A stretch of 32,000 bases of DNA, from positions 234,057-266,056 of the forward strand of contig NZ_LT963434.1 of NCBI RefSeq assembly GCF_900199515.1, written 5' to 3'. The DNA comes from Massilicoli timonensis. Its GTDB lineage: Bacteria; Bacillota_I; Bacilli_A; Erysipelotrichales; Erysipelotrichaceae. The position numbers and the translations under genes are program-made. A model generated the notes under the pieces. That model made no database searches and was not told the origin of the DNA. It was given only the letters and a program-made list of their open reading frames with translations. Positions 1-8,484 of the stretch are shown piece after piece; positions within the stretch are counted from its first letter, which is position 1; every line of letters begins with the position of its first letter.

Positions 1-291
1 ATAAGCCAAAAAAGCGGAAAGATAGACATATGCAAGCATATCGAGGGAAAGCGGAATTGCTAAAAGAATACACCATCCTCCCATGATAAAAAGTAATAGG
101 CATACGATCAGAAAGTCCTCTGCCTTTAATGCGATGCACGAGCTCGGATACTTTTTGAAATGCAGCAGCGCTGAACAAAGCGCATAGACCGCAATGAGAG
201 AAAAGGCAGATGCCTCAAGAAATTGACAGAGATAGCCTGCTCCAATCATCAAAGCAAAGATACCGACCGACACAATCGTTAAATTCCACAT
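1..291 (-). CDS. hypothetical multi-pass membrane protein, N-terminal part (gene runs off the left window edge)
   Basis: Not in the ORF track because the window truncates it. Complement ATG at 289-291, 14 nt downstream of the comGG-like stop. Hand translation MWNLTIVSVGIFALMIGAGYLCQFLEASAFSLIAVYALCSALL...LIVCLLLFIMGGWCILLAIPLSLDMLAYVYLSAFLAY stays open to position 1 and consists of consecutive hydrophobic spans. A prepilin-peptidase role was considered from its position, but no diagnostic Asp motif was recognised. Confidence 0.45.
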   Translation of the reverse strand, partial: MWNLTIVSVGIFALMIGAGYLCQFLEASAFSLIAVYALCSALLHFKKYPSSCIALKAEDFLIVCLLLFIMGGWCILLAIPLSLDMLAYVYLSAFLAY

Positions 292-305
292 TTTTATCAC
301 CGCTT

Positions 306-749
306 TTAGTATGGGCAGCCATCTTCGATATATGACACATCCATGACACAATCACTCAGATCGTCATACTGGAGCCGGAAACAGAGCAGCTTGCCGTTGA
401 TTTGAAAACTTGCATAGGCAGTAATATCATCATAATGCAGCGTTACTTCTTCTCCTTCGACGGTAATGCTCTCATCTTCTTCTTCATATTCCGCAAGCGC
501 ATGCTTGATATAGTGAATCAGATACCACTCGATCTTCTGCTTTTTATTCTCGGCCAAGCGATATTGAAGCAGTTGTGTGCCATCGTGGTAAGCAAAAGAT
601 AGCGTCAATACCAATAGCTGCATGCACATGAGCATCATAACGGAAAAAAAGCCGCTACGCCGGGCAGTAAAGCATCCCTTGATAGTCTTCCTTCTCTCTT
701 TTCCATGAAAGCCAAACACATCCATCCTCCTCATAAAAATAAGCGTCAT
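306..749 (-). CDS. comGG: ComGG-like minor pseudopilin (last gene of the comG operon); start ambiguous (749/734/725)
   Basis: It sits directly after comGF. N-terminal ARRSG|FFSVMMLMCMQLLVLTLSFAY resembles the B. subtilis ComGG RTRGFIYPAVLF... hydrophobic segment. Size is about 140 aa. It overlaps the comGF 3' end. Confidence 0.5.
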   Translation of the reverse strand: MTLIFMRRMDVFGFHGKERRKTIKGCFTARRSGFFSVMMLMCMQLLVLTLSFAYHDGTQLLQYRLAENKKQKIEWYLIHYIKHALAEYEEEDESITVEGEEVTLHYDDITAYASFQINGKLLCFRLQYDDLSDCVMDVSYIEDGCPY

Positions 750-1065
750 CCAATTCCATCATCATGATTTCATTGCCGATCTGATGAACGATCTGATCTT
801 TTTTGATCCGCAATGCACCCTCCTCATCATGATACAGGAACTGCAGCACCTGTTTCTCCCAAGTGATATCTTCTGCCTGTGCAAGCAAACGCCGCATCTG
901 CCAAAGCGCCATTTCATCACTGAGCAGCATGCTTGCTTTCGTTCCATAGCGTAATACTGACATGCTTTTGGCGAGCACCAGCGCACATAATGAAACAATG
1001 AGCAATGCTAAGATCATTTCACTCATCGTAAAGGCCGAGCGCTTCATACATCTTTTGTAAATCAC
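655..1065 (-). CDS. comGF: ComGF-like minor pseudopilin
   Basis: Prepilin-type N-terminus MKRSA|FTMSEMILALLIVSLCALVLA (Glu at +5) followed by a hydrophobic helix. Sixth position in the comG operon. The true start is possibly Met-7 at 1047. Confidence 0.6.
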   Translation of the reverse strand: MIYKRCMKRSAFTMSEMILALLIVSLCALVLAKSMSVLRYGTKASMLLSDEMALWQMRRLLAQAEDITWEKQVLQFLYHDEEGALRIKKDQIVHQIGNEIMMMELDDAYFYEEDGCVWLSWKREKEDYQGMLYCPA

Positions 1066-1264
1066 GTGCTGTTTCCTCCTGCTTTTGATTCCATTCGCTA
1101 TGGATATCGATCCTTTTTAAGCGTACGATCGACAGTGCAAGCATTGACGCCAGCGAAACGATCATCAATGCACACAAAGTATCGATCAAAAGAAAACCGT
1201 CTTTATCGTACGACACTGCGACCACTTCCCAACTGAAATACAAGTGTTCCCTGTTCATTTTCAT
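1019..1264 (-). CDS. comGE: ComGE-like minor pseudopilin; start uncertain (ATG 1264/1258 or GTG 1222)
   Basis: The ORF 1019-1393 contains DKDG|FLLIDTLCALMIVSLASMLAL, a prepilin-like cleavage motif plus hydrophobic helix. The upstream part of the ORF overlaps comGD and is unlikely to be coding. Position fits comGE. Confidence 0.5.
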   Translation of the reverse strand: MKMNREHLYFSWEVVAVSYDKDGFLLIDTLCALMIVSLASMLALSIVRLKRIDIHSEWNQKQEETARDLQKMYEALGLYDE

Positions 1265-1598
1265 TTGCGCAGCGCAGTGTACCGGCCTTAGAAATGTTAC
1301 CGGCCGCATTATAAGCAAACGCGTACGGTTCACAGGTGATTCCGCTTGGATAAAAAACACTTTCTTGATCGAATAAAGCATGATCATTTTCAAAGCGAAT
1401 CGTGCGGCGTTGTCCTGCCTGCATCGCTGAAAACTGCTGTTCCTCGCAGTACAGCTTCATCTGCCGCAAGAATAACTGCAAAGAAAACGCAGTTGCTTTC
1501 TTTCCGACAAACATACCATACATCATCACACACAGCGCCACCACGAAGAGTGTTTCTATCAAAGTGAAGCCTTCTCTATTTTTCTTTTGCCTGTCCAT
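1203..1598 (-). CDS. comGD: ComGD-like minor pseudopilin
   Basis: N-terminus MDRQKKNREG|FTLIETLFVVALCVMMYGMFV is a class III signal peptide motif (G-F-T-L-x-E). Short 23-nt overlap with comGC. Fourth gene of the operon. Confidence 0.7.
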   Translation of the reverse strand: MDRQKKNREGFTLIETLFVVALCVMMYGMFVGKKATAFSLQLFLRQMKLYCEEQQFSAMQAGQRRTIRFENDHALFDQESVFYPSGITCEPYAFAYNAAGNISKAGTLRCANENEQGTLVFQLGSGRSVVR

Positions 1599-1875
1599 TC
1601 ACGATCACGATTTCCTTTCCGCCTTGACAAATATTCTGTCCTTCTTTCAAATACCCTTCATTGATCAATTCACTGATCGAGGACGGTGTACGGTTATGAT
1701 CTAATTCAAATAATAAAATCTGACTGTTCACCACTTCCACCAAAGCCTGACAGCCTTTTGTCTGGATCGTTTTTTGTTTCTGCTGGATATTAGGCAAAGT
1801 TAAAAGAAAAATCAAAGCGATGACTGATAAGACGATGATCATCTCTAAAATCGTAAAACCTGCACGTTGTTTCAT
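1576..1875 (-). CDS. comGC: ComGC major competence pseudopilin
   Basis: MKQRAG|FTILEMIIVLSVIALIFLL prepilin motif with Glu+5, 99 aa. SD AGGAGGG lies 5 nt upstream of the ATG. It follows comGB. Confidence 0.85.
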   Translation of the reverse strand: MKQRAGFTILEMIIVLSVIALIFLLTLPNIQQKQKTIQTKGCQALVEVVNSQILLFELDHNRTPSSISELINEGYLKEGQNICQGGKEIVIVNGQAKEK

Positions 1876-1888
1876 CGTTTCCCTCCTG

Positions 1889-2935
1889 TTAGAACTGTTC
1901 CAATAATTCCAAAGGCAATAACATGATTTGATAAACCGAGATCACTAAGACCGCCACATACCCATAAGCCAGTGCCGTAATTGCGATCGTGCAAGATTTG
2001 ATGCGTTTTTCCATCTGCATCTGGTGCTTGATCAAATATTGCCCCAATAATGTATCTAGGGTAGAAGCCGCGCTGCCGATTTCGATCATCTGCAACAGGT
2101 CCTTTGAAAGCAATGCACATTGGGCAAGCGCATCGGTCAAGGAAGCACCGTTTTCCAGCAGTGCCTCGATCCGTTTTGCACATTCTGCGATCATCTTTTT
2201 TTTACTATTCGTGCGAAGAAAGGAAAAAACCTGTTTGCTGGAAAGACCGCCCTGCATCAATATCCGTAAATAGGCACAAAACTGATATGACCAGTAATCT
2301 TTTACCCAGCGGCAATGCGCGATCAACAAAAGCATACAATTATGATGAAAGCGTGGCACTAGGCGATAAATAAGCAGATAAAAGAGCAGCACGCTCAACC
2401 CCAGCAGCAATAAAATTGCCAGAATATAGAGAAAATCTAATACAACCTGCAAAAATGAGGCGTCTTGTTCCAATTCAAAACCGCTTTGCATCATCGGCAG
2501 GATATTGCCGCGAAAAAAGAGCAGCGTCATGACTGCGCAAAGAAAGATAAAAAACGGATAAAGCGACTTCCGCAAAAACTGACGCTTCATGTTCTCTTCA
2601 AAATCTAAGTAGGTGAACGTCATCTTGATTGCTTCCTGTAATGATACAAATTGCAGAAAAAAAGCAATATGTTCATAAAAAGATCCGCTGTGATTGAGAA
2701 AAAGCATTTCATCTACCGTTTTCCCTTCCTCAAGCTTCTCTAAGATCACCTCACTGTCCTTACCGATGATCATGCAGGCATCGCGGAAGTGATATCCTTT
2801 TTCCAAAAGCATTTGCAGATAGCGCCAGTCTGCTTTAGTAAACTTCAAGGTCCTGTTCGGCGCTTTTTTTGGAAATCCAGCCGTTTTCAAGCGCTTTGCG
2901 TATTTCCAGATGTATTCCATCATGTTCATGCTCAA
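1889..2935 (-). CDS. comGB: ComGB, type II secretion/T4P platform protein (GspF/PilC family); start is TTG 2935 or ATG 2929/2923/2920
   Basis: 348 aa polytopic protein between the ATPase and the pilins. N-terminal KFTKADWRYLQMLLEKGYHF aligns with the ComGB xxxEQAxLLKRLGxxLxxGY region. Two GspF-like repeats with hydrophobic spans. Confidence 0.85.
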   Translation of the reverse strand: MSMNMMEYIWKYAKRLKTAGFPKKAPNRTLKFTKADWRYLQMLLEKGYHFRDACMIIGKDSEVILEKLEEGKTVDEMLFLNHSGSFYEHIAFFLQFVSLQEAIKMTFTYLDFEENMKRQFLRKSLYPFFIFLCAVMTLLFFRGNILPMMQSGFELEQDASFLQVVLDFLYILAILLLLGLSVLLFYLLIYRLVPRFHHNCMLLLIAHCRWVKDYWSYQFCAYLRILMQGGLSSKQVFSFLRTNSKKKMIAECAKRIEALLENGASLTDALAQCALLSKDLLQMIEIGSAASTLDTLLGQYLIKHQMQMEKRIKSCTIAITALAYGYVAVLVISVYQIMLLPLELLEQF

Positions 2936-3824
2936 TGTTCCACCCTTCCAAATAGTGTGTCAGCGCATCTTTTTCTAGGATCTCATAAATACAGATGCGC
3001 TCTTTCCCGTTTTTAGCAGTCATGAGCCGCTGTGAGCTGACTGCAGTCAGCGTCTGCTTTAATTCACTGCGGCTTACCCCCAGCTCTTCCATGCGTTTTA
3101 AGGCTTCCGTTGCACTTTTGGCATGAATACAGGTAAATACCATATGTCCGCTCAATGCACAGCGATATGCCATTTTTGCAGTATGAGCATCACGAATCTC
3201 ACCGATCATGATAACATCGGGATCATGACGCAATAGCTGTTTGATCCCTTCCTCATAACTGAAATCAGCCGCTTCATTGACTTGCAGCTGTAAGTACTCC
3301 TGAGAAATAATTTCGATTGGATCCTCTAAGGTAATAATCTTTAATTGCTTGCGTTTGGCGATCAAATGCAATAACGCATGGAGCGTGGTCGTTTTGCCGC
3401 TGCCTGTCGGTCCACTTAGCAGGATCATGCCGCTACGAAAGCGGCACCATCTCACCATCGCCGCAACACACTGCTTTTGTTTGGTCAGGTCTTGCACTTT
3501 TAACTGCGGATGATTGCTTAAAATACGTAAGACCGCTGTTTCCAGTGAACGATTGACAATGAGTGAAAAACGAAAGTACTGCATGCTCCCATTCAGTGAT
3601 AATGTAAATGCGCTGGACTGCGGCCGCTTTGATCCCAGATCTAAGTTTGCCAAATATTTCAAATACTGAAAGAAAGCACGGTCAAATAACGGATCATCGA
3701 TCACACGAATCCCTTTTAATGCGCGCAAAGATACTTGTAATCGCTCATCCTCTAATAAAAAATGCACGTCAGTAGCACCATGCCTTTGGGCGGTCAATAG
3801 CAATCTGATCAAACGTTCCTTCAT
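2835..3824 (-). CDS. comGA: ComGA, competence pseudopilus assembly ATPase (GspE/PilB family)
   Basis: Walker A LSGPTGSGKTT, Asp box/Walker B IMIGEIRD and a His box region, 329 aa. SD AAGGGGGA lies 6 nt upstream of the ATG at 3824. First gene of the operon. Confidence 0.9.
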   Translation of the reverse strand: MKERLIRLLLTAQRHGATDVHFLLEDERLQVSLRALKGIRVIDDPLFDRAFFQYLKYLANLDLGSKRPQSSAFTLSLNGSMQYFRFSLIVNRSLETAVLRILSNHPQLKVQDLTKQKQCVAAMVRWCRFRSGMILLSGPTGSGKTTTLHALLHLIAKRKQLKIITLEDPIEIISQEYLQLQVNEAADFSYEEGIKQLLRHDPDVIMIGEIRDAHTAKMAYRCALSGHMVFTCIHAKSATEALKRMEELGVSRSELKQTLTAVSSQRLMTAKNGKERICIYEILEKDALTHYLEGWNIEHEHDGIHLEIRKALENGWISKKSAEQDLEVY

Positions 3825-3945
3825 TTCTTATCCCCCTTCCCTTGTGAGCATTAAGCATATCCTTCCTCCTGTATTTTCTATACGCGAAAGATTGTCTTTT
3901 ATCCTAAGACAGTGATGAAAATAAATGCGATCTTCTCAAGCATAT

Positions 3946-3977
3946 AAAAAAAAACGGAAATCATCATTCCCGTTTCC
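3946..3977 (-). terminator. intrinsic terminator downstream of the MBL hydrolase gene
   Basis: Minus strand reads GGAAACGGGAA-UGAUGA-UUUCCGUUU followed by a U9 run, 11 nt after the stop codon at 3988-3990. Confidence 0.7.
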
Positions 3978-3987
3978 TTTCCTTATG

Positions 3988-4605
3988 CTAAACCTGCGCC
4001 AAATAAGGATTGTATAGCAGCTCCTGCTCAATGGTCGTAAAAGGTCCATGCCCCGGATATACATGCCACGCCGGCTGCAGTGTTTTGATCATCCGCAGCG
4101 TCTGGATCATTTTTGAATTGGAGCCACCCGGCAGATCAGTGCGTCCGATGCCCATTTGAAACAGTGCATCACCGCTGAACAAATGATCTTCGATCAGGAT
4201 CATGACGCTGCCTTCACTATGTCCTGGCGCATCGATGACCGTTATATGAAAAGTTCCAACCTGCTGTTCCCCTGCTCCCAGCTTCTCAGCTTTTGCCTGG
4301 ACGGTAAGTGGATTCGCCGCAATGGAATAATTAAGATAAGGATCCCGCAGCATCGCCATATCTGCTTCATGCAGATAAAGCGGACAGTGATAGCGTTTCA
4401 CTAGCCGATCCACACCGGCAATATGATCAAAATGGCCATGTGTCAAAACAATGCCATCTACCTGTGCATGACGTTTTTCAATTTCATCGGCAATGCGATG
4501 ATTCTTTGTTCCCGGATCAATGATCAATGCATGTCCCTGCTGAAAGATTAGATAACAGTTACAGGCAAATTCATGATCGACAATTACTGGTACGATTTCT
4601 ATCAT
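3988..4605 (-). CDS. MBL-fold metallo-hydrolase (glyoxalase II-like)
   Basis: THGHFDHIAG (HxHxDH metal motif), DAPGHSEGS and later PGHG motifs, 205 aa. Confidence 0.85.
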   Translation of the reverse strand: MIEIVPVIVDHEFACNCYLIFQQGHALIIDPGTKNHRIADEIEKRHAQVDGIVLTHGHFDHIAGVDRLVKRYHCPLYLHEADMAMLRDPYLNYSIAANPLTVQAKAEKLGAGEQQVGTFHITVIDAPGHSEGSVMILIEDHLFSGDALFQMGIGRTDLPGGSNSKMIQTLRMIKTLQPAWHVYPGHGPFTTIEQELLYNPYLAQV

Positions 4606-4645
4606 ATGTGTTTCTTAATAAAAAAGACCAATCAGACGGCCCTTT

Positions 4646-4795
4646 TTATTTTTTCTCCTTATGAACGGTTTTTTTGTTACAACGCGGGCAGAATTTATTG
4701 ATCTGCATGCGTTCCGGATGTTTCCTTTTATTGCGTGTTCCAATGTAGTTTTCTTCGTTACATTCTGAACATTTGAAAGTAATACGATCTCTCAT
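4646..4795 (-). CDS. rpmG: 50S ribosomal protein L33 (zinc-ribbon C+ form)
   Basis: Hand-found, too short for the ORF track. Translation MRDRITFKCSECNEENYIGTRNKRKHPERMQINKFCPRCNKKTVHKEKK (49 aa) with CxxC...CxxC. SD GAGGAGGG upstream of the ATG at 4793-4795. Confidence 0.9.
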   Translation of the reverse strand: MRDRITFKCSECNEENYIGTRNKRKHPERMQINKFCPRCNKKTVHKEKK

Positions 4796-4825
4796 AGTGT
4801 CCCTCCTCTACCTACATGCGTAATG

Positions 4826-4834
4826 ATTATATCA
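4826..4834 (-). promoter_or_regulatory. candidate extended -10 promoter (TGATATAAT) for rpmG
   Basis: Minus strand reads TGaTATAAT about 30 nt upstream of the rpmG ATG. No good -35 was seen. Confidence 0.35.
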
Positions 4835-4851
4835 TAGTTGCTTTCAGATTA

Positions 4852-6912
4852 CTAATACTTTTTATAAAATTCTTCTAAAACCTGCGGCATGATAGTATTA
4901 CCGCAGATATTAGGCTGCAGTTTATCGCCGTTGCTGTAATTAGGTGCCATGCAGGCAAATGCCAAATTCGGCGTATCGCTGTCATATGGCGCATATCCTA
5001 ACTGAATGGCATTTGGCGAATCATAGCCGACTCCATCTTTATAGTATTTATTTTCAGCGGTTCCGGTCTTAGCAGCAACCTGCACATCAGAACGATTGAT
5101 ATTGCCACAGTAATTTGTCGTAACACAGGTGCGCATTCCTAAATGCACCCGGTCAAAATAAGCGCGATCGCCGTTGACATAGTTCAGGATCTCACTCTTG
5201 TTCTGATAGACGACGTTCTTGCTGTTTACCTCATACGCCTGTGTAACCAAACGCGGCTTCATCCGCTTACCGCCGTTTGCGACCGTTGCCGTGTACTGCG
5301 CTAACTGCAAGGTCGTATAGCTTTCATACTGGCCGATCACATAGTCCAACAAAAGTCCGCTGCTTGTTTCGGTACCACGCACACCGATTTCCTCATTTGG
5401 CAGATCGATGCCGGTCTTTGTGCCTAAGCCAAACATCGAATAATAGCGCCGAATCAATGAATAAGCGCTTGTATCCAGATCAAGCGGTCCGTTTTTTACG
5501 TAAGTACCATGCCCCAAACGAATGGCAATATGAAACATATAGACATTGCTGGAAACCTGTAAAGCACCGATTTCATCCAATGGACCGTAATTGCGATAAG
5601 AACCTTTTGGCGCACTGCCCTTGATATAAAGCGGTTCATCGACGATGATCTCTCCCGGGGAAACCGCACCTTCGGCAAGACCCATATAAACCACTGCCGG
5701 CTTTACCGCCGAACCGGGCAAATTCGCACTGAGATAATTACCGCTGGCATAGAGATAAATATTGCCTTCTTCATCCTTTTGCACCCCGCTCATCGCATAG
5801 ATTGAGCCATCTTGTGGATTGATCAGCGTAACAAAAAGATTGCGCATATATTTCGATGTTTCATTGGAACCGATCGTACGCATCGTATTCAATAAGATCT
5901 CATCGATCTTCTGCTGCAGCTCAATGTCGATGCTTAACTGCAAATCATAGCCTTTCTTCCCCGCCGATACTTCATTTAGCTGGGCATTGCCGGACTCATC
6001 ATAAGTAATCTCATTGACCATTTTCTTCCCTGACAGCAGATCCTCATACTCCAGTTCCAGCCCACTGATGCCCACCATCTCATTCAAGCCATATCCAAGC
6101 GCCTGATAATACAGCTGATCCTGCTCCTGGATCGTACCGATACGTCCGATGACATCTTTCAGCGTATCAGCATAAGGATAATCGCGCATCCAGCCATTTG
6201 AAACATCAAACCCCTCAAACTGTGCAGTATGCTCGGAAAGATAAGCAACCTGCTCATTAGATACATTTTCCTTGATCAGTTTGGTTTCGCTTGCAGGACT
6301 TTTCTGCATCATCAGCTTGATGCCGTACGCATTGCGATAACTTTCAGGAATGGAAGCGATCATTTCCTCATTGACCCGAGAAAGCTTTAACTGCTCCGCC
6401 TTTGCTTCACTTAATGTCCCCGCTGCCACTTTTTCTTGTTCTTCTTCACTCAGCAAAGAATCGCCGTTATCATCGCTCAACTGCAAATACAGACTCTGAT
6501 ATTCCTGATTTGTCGGCTCATAGTCCGCCTTTCCGAAATGTTCATAAAAATGAATGGCATTCTCCCATATCGTCTCCTCGTCCAATTCTTCGGGCGGCGT
6601 ATAAGTAATGTTCAAAGACTCCTTTGTCGCCACTACGACATTGCCATTGCGATCTAAGATCTGACCGCGAGGCGTTACCGTCTTTTGCTTTTTTGAGGCA
6701 AAATTCTCTAATTTCAGCGTATAGCTGTCATGATTTCGATATTGAATGTCAAACAGTCGAAAAGCGATGATGCAAAAGACGCACAAAACCGCCACTGCCG
6801 CGATACTGATGCGCAGATTGATGACTTTGTTATAATTCTTCTGCTTATTTAACAGATCACTGCTGTGCCGCAGCGTTTCCTGATCCATTTTCTTAAACGG
6901 GTTCGAAAACAT
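4852..6912 (-). CDS. class B penicillin-binding protein (PBP2-type transpeptidase)
   Basis: N-terminal TM anchor (ISIAAVAVLCVFCIIAF). Transpeptidase motifs SAVK (GSAVKP), SSN (VSSNVYM) and KTGTA. The start was moved to Met-10 (6912) because AAGGAG lies 9 nt upstream; the ORF is open to 6939. Confidence 0.9.
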   Translation of the reverse strand: MFSNPFKKMDQETLRHSSDLLNKQKNYNKVINLRISIAAVAVLCVFCIIAFRLFDIQYRNHDSYTLKLENFASKKQKTVTPRGQILDRNGNVVVATKESLNITYTPPEELDEETIWENAIHFYEHFGKADYEPTNQEYQSLYLQLSDDNGDSLLSEEEQEKVAAGTLSEAKAEQLKLSRVNEEMIASIPESYRNAYGIKLMMQKSPASETKLIKENVSNEQVAYLSEHTAQFEGFDVSNGWMRDYPYADTLKDVIGRIGTIQEQDQLYYQALGYGLNEMVGISGLELEYEDLLSGKKMVNEITYDESGNAQLNEVSAGKKGYDLQLSIDIELQQKIDEILLNTMRTIGSNETSKYMRNLFVTLINPQDGSIYAMSGVQKDEEGNIYLYASGNYLSANLPGSAVKPAVVYMGLAEGAVSPGEIIVDEPLYIKGSAPKGSYRNYGPLDEIGALQVSSNVYMFHIAIRLGHGTYVKNGPLDLDTSAYSLIRRYYSMFGLGTKTGIDLPNEEIGVRGTETSSGLLLDYVIGQYESYTTLQLAQYTATVANGGKRMKPRLVTQAYEVNSKNVVYQNKSEILNYVNGDRAYFDRVHLGMRTCVTTNYCGNINRSDVQVAAKTGTAENKYYKDGVGYDSPNAIQLGYAPYDSDTPNLAFACMAPNYSNGDKLQPNICGNTIMPQVLEEFYKKY

Positions 6913-7049
6913 AGAATCGTGCTCCTTTCTCATCTGCATGCCTGATTGACTTCTATATTATATCAAGTTTTTATAAAATTACCATCTTTATATTTGTGTG
7001 AATCTGTCACCGGATCATTTCTCCATTTAGGAAGGGTACGATAAAGTCA

Positions 7050-7078
7050 TTGTCAAAAAATACGAGATTGTTTATAAT
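7050..7078 (+). promoter_or_regulatory. sigma-A type promoter for ispG
   Basis: TTGTCA (7050-7055), 17 nt spacer, TATAAT (7073-7078), about 48 nt upstream of the ispG ATG. Confidence 0.6.
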
Positions 7079-7126
7079 GGGCATGAAAGGATTTCAAGGA
7101 TACTCGTTGAAATAAGGTACATAAAT

Positions 7127-8203
7127 ATGATCAAACGAACACAGACTAGACCGGTGCAGATCGGTTCACTTACCATGGGCGGCAGCAATCACGTCATCAT
7201 TCAGTCGATGCTGTCAAGCCGCACCAGCGATGTAGAGGCAAGCGTTGCCCAGATCTTAGAATTAGAAGCAATGGGGTGTGAACTGGTACGCATGGCCGTC
7301 ATTGACGAAGCCGATGTCAAAGCCATTCCCCAGATCAAAAAGCAGGTGCATATTCCACTGGTTGCCGATATTCATTTTGATTATCGCATTGCGATCATGG
7401 CGGTAGAAGCCGGAATCGATAAAATTCGCTTAAATCCCGGCAATATCGGTTCTCGTGAGAATGTAGAAAAAGTGGTAGAGGCATGCCGCAGCCATCATGT
7501 GCCGATTCGAATCGGCATCAATTCCGGTTCTTTGGAAAAAGATATTCATGAAAAATATGGCAAGCCGACAGCAGCCGGTATGATCGAAAGTGCTAAGCGG
7601 CATGTGCAGATCTTAGAAGATCTGGGCTTTTATGACATCGTCTTATCGTTTAAGTCCTCTGATCCAAAGCTTTGCATCGAAGCATACCAAGAAGCGGCAA
7701 AACAGTTCCCTTACCCACTGCATCTGGGCGTGACCGAAGCCGGCACGATCACCTCCAGTGCGATCAAAAGCAGTTATGCCCTAGGTTATCTGCTGCATGA
7801 AGGCATTGGCGATACGATCCGGATCAGCGTAAACGGACATCCGCGCAAAGAGATCCCGATCGTAAAGCAATTATTAAAAAGCGTCGGTTTGCTTGACAAT
7901 GTACCGAACTTGATCGCTTGCCCGACCTGCGGCAGGACCCAATGGGATATCAGCAGTGTCGTTGATGAAATAGAAGCTTTTTTACAGACGATCCATGCCG
8001 ATATCAGCGTTGCGATCATGGGCTGTGCGGTCAATGGACCGGGAGAGGCCAAGCATGCGGACATTGCGATTGCCGGCGGCAAACAGGAAGGACTATTGAT
8101 CAAGCGCGGTGTCATCGTTGAAAAACTGCCGCAGGAACAGATGGTTGCTCGCTTAAAAGAGGAGATACTGACACTGGCAAAATTGCAGGAAGCAGGATCA
8201 TGA
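7127..8203 (+). CDS. ispG: 4-hydroxy-3-methylbut-2-en-1-yl diphosphate synthase (flavodoxin), IspG/GcpE
   Basis: Full-length 358 aa. Typical RxxTRxVxIG N-terminus, IRINPGN-like RLNPGNIG, and C-terminal [4Fe-4S] cysteines CPTCGR...GCAVNGPGE. Confidence 0.95.
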   Translation: MIKRTQTRPVQIGSLTMGGSNHVIIQSMLSSRTSDVEASVAQILELEAMGCELVRMAVIDEADVKAIPQIKKQVHIPLVADIHFDYRIAIMAVEAGIDKIRLNPGNIGSRENVEKVVEACRSHHVPIRIGINSGSLEKDIHEKYGKPTAAGMIESAKRHVQILEDLGFYDIVLSFKSSDPKLCIEAYQEAAKQFPYPLHLGVTEAGTITSSAIKSSYALGYLLHEGIGDTIRISVNGHPRKEIPIVKQLLKSVGLLDNVPNLIACPTCGRTQWDISSVVDEIEAFLQTIHADISVAIMGCAVNGPGEAKHADIAIAGGKQEGLLIKRGVIVEKLPQEQMVARLKEEILTLAKLQEAGS

Positions 8204-8225
8204 CGCACTCCCCTCATTTACAGCT

Positions 8226-8257
8226 AAAAAGCATATCAGCTGAAGATATGCTTTTTT
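8226..8257 (+). terminator. intrinsic terminator of ispG
   Basis: AAAAAGCATATC-agctgaa-GATATGCTTTTTT: a perfect 7-bp GC/AT stem extended by A/U pairs, followed by a T6 run, 23 nt after the stop. Confidence 0.8.
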
Positions 8258-8455
8258 ACTGCTCTGCCATTCAATTACCGTTAGAAAAGTCGATGTGAAT
8301 TGTCACAAAATTCGCTTGCAGCCTAACTTGCTTCAAATGTTCTCTATTTTTTATATGAGGATAACCGAAATGATCCGCACCATCTGTTCTTTGCTGATTT
8401 ACGCATGCCCCAGATCATACCTATCGATCTATGCGCAGTCTCATTGATCTCCAGT

Positions 8456-8484
8456 AAAAAAAGATGGCTATTGCTTGCCATCTT
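8456..8484 (-). terminator. intrinsic terminator of nfo (hairpin overlaps the last codons)
   Basis: Minus strand reads AAGAUGGC-aagcaaua-GCCAUCUU followed by UUUUUUU. The left arm covers the nfo stop codon. Confidence 0.75.

Noticed and set aside
3769-3858. A 29-aa upstream ORF (MLNAHKGRGIRNEGTFDQIAIDRPKAWCY) with a strong AGGAGG SD 6 nt upstream, overlapping the comGA start out of frame.
   Set aside because: There is no supporting feature beyond the SD-like purine run, which may just be part of an extended comGA ribosome-binding region. comGA has its own well-spaced SD. Conservation cannot be assessed here.
8258-8455. A roughly 190-bp ORF-poor spacer between the convergent ispG and nfo terminators. 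It includes a 30-aa ORF (8355-8447) and an imperfect hairpin CGCAT..AGATC...GATCT.ATGCG.
   Set aside because: The small ORF has no SD. Candidate promoters (TTGCTT-17/18-TATATG) are weak. The hairpin has no U tract. There is not enough evidence to call an sRNA.
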